DNA of 64,000 bases, taken from an uncultured virus (IMG/VR IMGVR_UViG_3300033067_002319). Its lineage: Duplodnaviria; Heunggongvirae; Uroviricota; Caudoviricetes. A model generated the notes under the pieces. It had not been told where the DNA came from. It saw nothing but the letters and a program-made list of their open reading frames with translations, and did not search any database. The position numbers were made by a program, and so were the translations under genes. The stretch lies in the IMG/VR virus record IMGVR_UViG_3300033067_002319; one strand, written 5' to 3'. Positions 57,965 to 64,000 of this stretch are shown in pieces (the first letter of the stretch is position 1; each line of letters begins with the position of its first letter).

Positions 57965-57999
57965 AAAAAGCCCCCGGAGCATTGCTGCTCCGGGGGCTT
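57965..57999 (-). terminator. intrinsic terminator between convergent genes, possibly bidirectional
   Basis: Perfect 14-bp stem AAGCCCCCGGAGCA/TGCTCCGGGGGCTT with T-run on minus strand. Confidence 0.85.
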
Positions 58000-58058
58000 C
58001 GTCTTGGAGGGGATTCCGATGCCGATCGAGTGAGATCAGAGGATAGCGCGAACGAAGA

Positions 58059-60872
58059 TCAGCTGCAACCCAAAGAGAGCCCGCACTGAGGGCAGCGATG
58101 GCAGCTGGCGTTGCGAAGGGTGATGGTACCGCAAGTTGGGCACGGCGGACCATCGGCCGAGAGAGGCTTGGTGGTGATGGTGGGTGGGATTGTGTTGATC
58201 TCCAACATCTCCGGCTGGATCTGCTGGAGATCAGTGCGCCCCGCGTACTCGACCCCCAAAACACGCATCACGAGATCCACGAGGCTGGACGCCATCTTGA
58301 TCGTCTCGTGGTTGGCGACCATCCCGTAAGGTTCGAACTTCGTGTGCGTGAACGTCTCGATGAACTCATCGAGCGGAACACCGTATTGAAGTCCGAGGCT
58401 CACCGACTTCGCCCACATGCCCAAGAGCCCGCTGAGTGTCGAGCCTTCCTTAGCGATGTCGACGAAGATCTCCCCGACTGAACCGTCAGGGTACTCTCCC
58501 GATCGCAAGTAGATCTTGTGGTTGTCGAGCTTGAGTGCCCAGGTTTTGCCGTTGCGTACCTTCGGCAACTTGCGTTGCACGCGCTTGAACTCCGGATCGG
58601 TCTTGGGGTGCAAGACAGGATCGAGGGTTTCAGGCTTCTTCTCCTCCGGACCAGACTTCGACGACACGGGCTGTGCGCCCTTGCTTCCATTGCGGTAGAG
58701 CGCAACGGCCTTGAGCCCGAGCTTCCAGGCTTGCATGTGAATGTTCTCGATGTCTTCAACCGTTGCCGTCTCCGGAAGGTTGATGGTCTTCGAGATCGCA
58801 CCCGAAAGGAATGGCTGCACGGCGGCCATCATCTCGATGTGCGCCGCAGGTGCGAGATGGCGACCATCCGTACCCGAGGGGAAAGCTGTGTCGAAGATCG
58901 GAAGATGCTTGGGCTCCAACAAGGACCCCACAAAGCCGCCCGTGTTCTTGACGTGCTCGACGATCTGAGGGATCGCAGGACCTCGGTAGCCCAGACGCGT
59001 CAGCGTGGTTTCGAGACCTGCGTTGACGATCTTGAGCGTGCCCCCACCCGCGAGCTTCTTGGTTTGAACATGTCCAAGAAGAGGCTCGACGCCGGTGGTG
59101 TCGCAGTCCATCAAGAACCCGATGGTGCCCGTGGGCGCGAGCAGTGTGACCTGCGCGTTGCGGATGCCCTTTTTGGCCGCCAATTCGGAAGCACGGTACC
59201 AAGACGCCTGAGCCGCGTGAAGCACAGGCAGGGCCAACGAATCCTGGCCAACATCACAAAGCTGCGCGAGCTTCGATGAGGCCGACAAGTGTTTGTGGAT
59301 GATGTGACGGACCCCTTCTTTGTCCGCCTGAAACCCGTCAAACGGTTCCAAGGCCTTGGCGAGCTCTCCGCTCATTTCGTACGCGCAGGCTGACATCAAC
59401 GACGTCAAGGCCCCGGCAAAGTGGTGGGCCCGGCGCTCCGAGTAACCCAAGCCTACCTGCATGAGCAGAGCGCCGAGGTCTGCATAGCCGAGCCCCAGCT
59501 GCCGGAACTTGTGCGCGCCCTCGGCGATCTTCTTCGTCGGGTAGGACGCGAAGTCCACGAGGATGTCCTGCGCGACGATGAAGGTCTTGCAGGCCGCCAT
59601 GTACGAAGCGACGCCAAAAGAGCCATCAGGGAGAAGGAACTTGGTGAGTCGAAGCGACGCGAGGTTGCATGCGGAATCGTCGAGATGGACGTACTCGGAG
59701 CAGGGATTTGTCCCGTTCAACCATCCCGCGTTCGGCGTCGTGTTCCAGTTGTTGATCGTGTCGTCGAACTGAAGCCCTGGGTCCGCGCAGAACCACGAAG
59801 CCTCGGCGATCTGGTGCCAGAGGTCCTTCGCGCGGATGGTCTTCACGACGTGGCCGCCGACACGCGAGGTCAACTCCCACGGCCCGTCTTGCTCAACGGC
59901 GCGCATGAAGCCATCCGACACGCGCACCGAGTTGTTTGCGTTCTGGCCGCTCACGGTTGTCGCAGCTTCGCCCTCCATCCCGGCGGAGTAGCCAGCCGCC
60001 ACGAGGACTTGCATCTTCTTCTCTTCGCGGGTCTTCCAGGCTACGAACGCCTCGATCTCGGGATGGTCCGCGTTGAGGATGACCATCTTCGCTGCGCGGC
60101 GCGTGGTCCCTCCAGACTTGATCGCGCCCGCGAAGCAATCCAAGGGCGGGAGGAACGCCATCAAGCCGCTCGACACTCCGCCAGCAGACAGCGGCGCGTA
60201 CTTCTCACGGATGCGCGAGAAGTTCGCACCCGAGCCCGAGCCGCCCTTGAAGAGCCGCGCTTCCGACTCGGCGAAGTCGTAAATGCCGCCCGGTCCGACG
60301 AGCGAGTCGTCGATCGGTTGAATGAAGCACGCCGAGCATTGAGGTCGCTGGTACGCGTTCGTCGTCACGTGCGCGCTTTGCGTCTTCTCATCCCATGCCC
60401 AGCTTCCGCCGGCGCCTACGTAGCCGCGCTCCCAACGGCGCACATTGAACCAGACGGGCGAATTGAATGCACCGTACTGATTGATGAGCAGGAACGCCAG
60501 CTCCGCTTCGAACGCGTCGGCGTCACCTTGCGTGCAGAAGTAACCCTGCTTCCAGCCCGAAACGGCGATGGCGTTCGCCACACCCTTCACCATGTCGAAC
60601 ACGCTCGTCTCGGGGTTCGAACCCTTGGTGAAGTACTTCTGAGCCACGATACGCACCGCGAGGTCCGACCACGCGACTGGCGCTTCGATGTTGTCCTGCC
60701 GGAACACTTCAGATCCGTCAGGGTTGGTGATCACAGCGCTTCGCGTGTTACGCGGAATTGCGTCGAACGGGTGCGTACCCGCGCGAGTGAAGAAACGAGA
60801 CCACGACAACCCTCCAGGCAGGGTGGCAGTCGCAGGGGACGTTTCAAGAACAGGTTCAAACTCTTCGGCCAT
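58059..60872 (-). CDS. nrdJ: class II (adenosylcobalamin-dependent) ribonucleotide reductase
   Basis: FNSPVWFN, QCSACFI, GGTTRRAAKM, TNPCSEY, APTGTI, C-terminal Zn ribbon. Confidence 0.95.
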   Translation of the reverse strand: MAEEFEPVLETSPATATLPGGLSWSRFFTRAGTHPFDAIPRNTRSAVITNPDGSEVFRQDNIEAPVAWSDLAVRIVAQKYFTKGSNPETSVFDMVKGVANAIAVSGWKQGYFCTQGDADAFEAELAFLLINQYGAFNSPVWFNVRRWERGYVGAGGSWAWDEKTQSAHVTTNAYQRPQCSACFIQPIDDSLVGPGGIYDFAESEARLFKGGSGSGANFSRIREKYAPLSAGGVSSGLMAFLPPLDCFAGAIKSGGTTRRAAKMVILNADHPEIEAFVAWKTREEKKMQVLVAAGYSAGMEGEAATTVSGQNANNSVRVSDGFMRAVEQDGPWELTSRVGGHVVKTIRAKDLWHQIAEASWFCADPGLQFDDTINNWNTTPNAGWLNGTNPCSEYVHLDDSACNLASLRLTKFLLPDGSFGVASYMAACKTFIVAQDILVDFASYPTKKIAEGAHKFRQLGLGYADLGALLMQVGLGYSERRAHHFAGALTSLMSACAYEMSGELAKALEPFDGFQADKEGVRHIIHKHLSASSKLAQLCDVGQDSLALPVLHAAQASWYRASELAAKKGIRNAQVTLLAPTGTIGFLMDCDTTGVEPLLGHVQTKKLAGGGTLKIVNAGLETTLTRLGYRGPAIPQIVEHVKNTGGFVGSLLEPKHLPIFDTAFPSGTDGRHLAPAAHIEMMAAVQPFLSGAISKTINLPETATVEDIENIHMQAWKLGLKAVALYRNGSKGAQPVSSKSGPEEKKPETLDPVLHPKTDPEFKRVQRKLPKVRNGKTWALKLDNHKIYLRSGEYPDGSVGEIFVDIAKEGSTLSGLLGMWAKSVSLGLQYGVPLDEFIETFTHTKFEPYGMVANHETIKMASSLVDLVMRVLGVEYAGRTDLQQIQPEMLEINTIPPTITTKPLSADGPPCPTCGTITLRNASCHRCPQCGLSLGCS

Positions 60873-60897
60873 GTTGGTGAATCCCTTCCAGTAGCTA

Positions 60898-61455
60898 TCA
60901 GACGTTCGGGGTTTTCTTGCGACGCGACTTCGACGTTCGCGTGAGAGAAGTTCGGTAAGATTTAAGCCCTTCGGCATGTCCTCGCGTGAGTGCGCGTTCG
61001 GGGTCCGCGTACATCCGAGCGAAGGTGGCGAGCGCGAGGGCGTCGGCTTGGTTGTCATCCGTGATCGTCAGCTTGTGCAGCTTGTTTACTGCGTCAATGA
61101 CGTCGGCTTTGGACGCGCTGCCGTTGCTCGCAGCAAAGAGTTTCAAGGTGGACGGGGGGATGATCAGCGGCTCCACGGACCAGATAGAGTAAACCACCTC
61201 TTGGATCACCCCGAACACACTCCCGAGATCGAACTCGCGATGGGTACTTTCGAGGCTTGGACCCTCCATGGCCGCGACCTCGACAGGGAACCCTGCCAAG
61301 GCTTCCTTGAGCTGTTGGCGGATGTGACTGAGGCGCCGACCCCCGCGCAGGTTCTCGGCTACCTTTACCGTGAACAGACGGAGCACGACGTTGTTCTCGC
61401 TCAAGAGCGCAACGCCCGGTGCGGTCAGTGATTGATCAATCCCGAGGAAATTCAT
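60898..61455 (-). CDS. RuvC-like Holliday junction resolvase
   Basis: LGIDQS, MEG, P--LK--A--NG-ASK, DDNQADALA. Confidence 0.85.
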   Translation of the reverse strand: MNFLGIDQSLTAPGVALLSENNVVLRLFTVKVAENLRGGRRLSHIRQQLKEALAGFPVEVAAMEGPSLESTHREFDLGSVFGVIQEVVYSIWSVEPLIIPPSTLKLFAASNGSASKADVIDAVNKLHKLTITDDNQADALALATFARMYADPERALTRGHAEGLKSYRTSLTRTSKSRRKKTPNV

Positions 61456-62362
61456 GGCCGTCATCCTTCGCATTCGGCAACAGGGGTACGTACGTACTGC
61501 GGGCTTTCAGGCCACGCAGTGGGCGGTAACCGTACCGGTCAGCGACCCGCCTGCGAATCCACCCATCGCGACCGACCCCTTGTCGTTCGCGCCGATGTTC
61601 GTCATCCGCAACGTCCAGGGCTTCGACACACTTGAGCGTGTCGCGACGTTGCAGGACTTTGCTTCGTTGCCTGTCTCGGAGCTGGAGTGGTTCGACGTCA
61701 GGGGCATTGGCGGTGATGCTCTTCTGGGCGGAGCCCTTGCGGGTGATACGCTTCGGATCACGACGAACCTGTCGTACTGGATCCAGGAACAGGTCCCGTA
61801 CACAGATCAGGATTTCACCCTCACACAGCTTGCAAACCGCGTCCAGGGAGCCTCTGCGCGCTGTTTTACGAGCGGCGCAATTCAGCTTCCTGGGTATGTT
61901 TTCTCGGATCAAGATGTTGGCCGATGGGTGAGGTTGTCGGACTTTCCCACCACGGGTAATAACGGCTGGGCGCAGATCACGTCCTTCGTAGGCGGCACGG
62001 CTCAAACGAACAGGACCTTCTCCGCCAACGAGACGAATGGCAGCTGGGCGTTCCCTTGGCTTCGCATTCAAAGCATCTTTGGCGGGGTCGAACCTCGATA
62101 CTTTCCCACGCGCGAACAGAACCTCGGATGGGAGTTGCGCCGCAGCGGCAGTTACCTCACGGCCGGCACAGGCGGCGCGACTGCCCGAGGTGTTGACGCG
62201 CCGCTCGTACGATCGGTGCGCAACACGACGCTGGCGCCGACGCTTGACGCGGCGACGGACCTCTTCGAAGTTGTGCGCAAGGACCTGATGCGCCTTCAGC
62301 AAGCGGCGACGACGAACGACACGGCATTCACCGTGCTCATCACTACGACAGTAGGCCCATAG
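61454..62362 (+). CDS. hypothetical, probably virion protein
   Basis: 302-aa ORF heading plus-strand cluster. Confidence 0.6.
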   Translation: MAVILRIRQQGYVRTAGFQATQWAVTVPVSDPPANPPIATDPLSFAPMFVIRNVQGFDTLERVATLQDFASLPVSELEWFDVRGIGGDALLGGALAGDTLRITTNLSYWIQEQVPYTDQDFTLTQLANRVQGASARCFTSGAIQLPGYVFSDQDVGRWVRLSDFPTTGNNGWAQITSFVGGTAQTNRTFSANETNGSWAFPWLRIQSIFGGVEPRYFPTREQNLGWELRRSGSYLTAGTGGATARGVDAPLVRSVRNTTLAPTLDAATDLFEVVRKDLMRLQQAATTNDTAFTVLITTTVGP

Positions 62363-62370
62363 GAGTTCAC

Positions 62371-62748
62371 GTGGCTTGGATCACCGCTACATGCACTGAG
62401 ACGCAAGTTGACGCCCAAACCTACAAGGTCGAGTTCAACGTCAGCGACGCTGGTGGCATTGAGAAAGAGCTCTTCGTCATGCGCGTGAGCGACGACAGCT
62501 TCTCTCACGTCGCACTCGTCTACGATCTCAAGACGTTCCCGAACAGCAAGCAGGAAGCCCTGACAAAGCGCCTCGCTTTTTACCGCGTATCGCAGATGCA
62601 GCGAACCTTCGAAGTGAAGCCCACGGCGGCGAACTTCTCGACCTACACGAAGCAGCGCCTCGCGTTCGTCACCAAGGATTGGGCCGGCGATTCCGTGGCC
62701 GAGTTCGGCGGGATCACGACGGTCGTGTACTCTTCGGATCCAACGTGA
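62371..62748 (+). CDS. hypothetical protein
   Basis: AGGAG RBS; LFVMR...FSHVA---DL motif shared with neighbours. Confidence 0.65.
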   Translation: MAWITATCTETQVDAQTYKVEFNVSDAGGIEKELFVMRVSDDSFSHVALVYDLKTFPNSKQEALTKRLAFYRVSQMQRTFEVKPTAANFSTYTKQRLAFVTKDWAGDSVAEFGGITTVVYSSDPT

Positions 62749-63731
62749 GCACAATCCCCAAAGTCTCCCAGGTTCGCCGCGCTGTTCGTCTGATCGACGG
62801 GACGATGGTGTTCGAAGTCACTTCGACCATTACAGACCCCGGCGGCTTGCCGTTCAAGGACCTGTTCGTGCTCTCGATCACGGACCCTAGCGACGCCAAG
62901 GACGACGTGCTCGCGCGCGTCGCTACGCCGCTCGACATCCAGCAGACCGATCCGAGCTCCCCCAAGTACGTTCGTGTCGCGGGCGACGATCTGATCCACA
63001 TCAGCGGGGATCCTTTTGGTCGCATCGCCAGCATCGACGACTTGACCGGGCTGCCGCGCGATCGGACGGACGCGATCCGGCGCAATCGCACGGAGTACCT
63101 CACGTCGGTCATGACGGAGCAGTACACGACCTTGACGACAGCGGATGCGGCGTACAAGCAGATCCTCTCCCGTCTTTCAGCGTTGGTGGAAGGGTGGCGC
63201 ACTTCGTTCACGGCGTTCGCCACGAACCCGAGCCAGCTGTACAACCTTCCCGTCCCCGGCGTGTCGGTGGAGGCCGAGCGAACGGCGACGTACGTAGCGG
63301 CCCGTGATGCACGTATTGCGTTAGAGACGACACGAGACGCGGCCCAAACCGCCAAAGAAGCCTGTGAACGTGACTGCGTGGCAGACAAGGCGATCTACAA
63401 CTTCTTGGTGGCGGATGTTGCGTTCTTGAACGACGCCAGGAATGTGGTGGCCTCTATTACGGAAGTAGGCACCACGAACGTCAAGGACTTCGTCCTTCGT
63501 ACGGGCAGCTACAGCGCCGACGAGCGCAGCTACCAGGCGCTCTTGGACTCGAAGAAGGCTTCCCTCAACGAGTACGCAGCTCGCGTACGTGCGTGTGATG
63601 TGCGTTGCGCCGCGCTTGGCGACGCCTTGCTCACCGCTCAGCGCGCGGTCACTTCAGCGCAGATTACCGAGCGGAACGCCTTGGTGGATGTGTACGCCGT
63701 GTGCCCCTCGTTCGATCCCAACGCCGTCTAG
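62745..63731 (+). CDS. hypothetical protein with coiled-coil C-terminus
   Basis: GTGA coupling; LFVL...LARVAT--DI. Confidence 0.65.
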   Translation: MSTIPKVSQVRRAVRLIDGTMVFEVTSTITDPGGLPFKDLFVLSITDPSDAKDDVLARVATPLDIQQTDPSSPKYVRVAGDDLIHISGDPFGRIASIDDLTGLPRDRTDAIRRNRTEYLTSVMTEQYTTLTTADAAYKQILSRLSALVEGWRTSFTAFATNPSQLYNLPVPGVSVEAERTATYVAARDARIALETTRDAAQTAKEACERDCVADKAIYNFLVADVAFLNDARNVVASITEVGTTNVKDFVLRTGSYSADERSYQALLDSKKASLNEYAARVRACDVRCAALGDALLTAQRAVTSAQITERNALVDVYAVCPSFDPNAV

Positions 63732-63744
63732 CATTACCCCCAAC

Positions 63745-64000
63745 ATGATCGACCTCTACTCCGATCCGGGCCACGCGCTCTTTCGTCAGCTTGTTGAGCG
63801 AGCCCCCGGCGCGCTCGCGCACCTGAAGACTGCCTCGTTTGAGCCGTCCGGCGACGGCATCCCTCTGACGGCCTTCGCATGGGCCACGGAGCGCCGCTAC
63901 CCCGTTCACACGCCCGAGCATGCCGTCGTGTCGTACCTGTACGCGAAGCACGCGGACGCGGTGAAGACGGCGGCGGTGGGTCGCGGGCTTCCGGCTGGCG
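63745..64000 (+). CDS. hypothetical protein, runs off window edge
   Basis: MIDLYSDPG...AFAWATERRYPVHTPEH, open to window end. Confidence 0.6.
   Translation, partial: MIDLYSDPGHALFRQLVERAPGALAHLKTASFEPSGDGIPLTAFAWATERRYPVHTPEHAVVSYLYAKHADAVKTAAVGRGLPAG

Noticed and set aside
58059..60872. Intein or intron in nrdJ
   Set aside because: Length of about 937 aa and motif order look uninterrupted; no splice motifs seen
1243..60944. Many long antisense ORFs (e.g. 1243-2400, 24243-25847, 29516-31048, 38510-40234, 59421-60944)
   Set aside because: Shadow ORFs opposite well-supported genes, expected in high-GC coding DNA
1..64000. tRNA, rRNA, integrase, transposase, reverse transcriptase/DGR, stop-codon recoding
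   Set aside because: None recognised by eye; genes read intact in the standard code with all three stops used

Overview
This window looks like part of a large, high-GC (roughly 60-65% by eye) tailed bacteriophage genome, probably a jumbo myophage. Host is unknown; a STAS/SEC14-like gene weakly hints at Myxococcota. Positions 1-35.1 kb are mostly minus-strand small accessory genes mixed with nucleotide-metabolism genes (NDT-like, DUF1653-dCMP deaminase fusion, 5'(3')-deoxyribonucleotidase, dNMP kinase, ThyX, MazG-like), three helicases (SF2, UvrD-like, DinG-like), a GHKL ATPase with an HExxH motif, an endolysin and a histone H1-like peptide. Positions 35.2-57.9 kb are a plus-strand tail/baseplate module: chaperone pair, tape-measure-like protein, hub-like protein with a peptidase insert, an embedded sigma factor, baseplate and fibre genes. 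Class II RNR (nrdJ), a RuvC-like resolvase and further probable virion genes follow. The most notable signals are non-coding: a recurrent TAnnnT-N5-8-start (leaderless-like) arrangement, a G(T/G)AAA-N13-C(T/A)GG(T/C)A(C/T)AAG promoter-like motif, a twice-seen GTTACC-N7-GGTAAC palindrome, an over-represented 10-mer TTTACGGCGT, a candidate small RNA/attenuator and a candidate -1 frameshift. I saw no tRNA, rRNA, CRISPR array, integrase or transposase. All calls come from motif recognition by eye; no searches were run.
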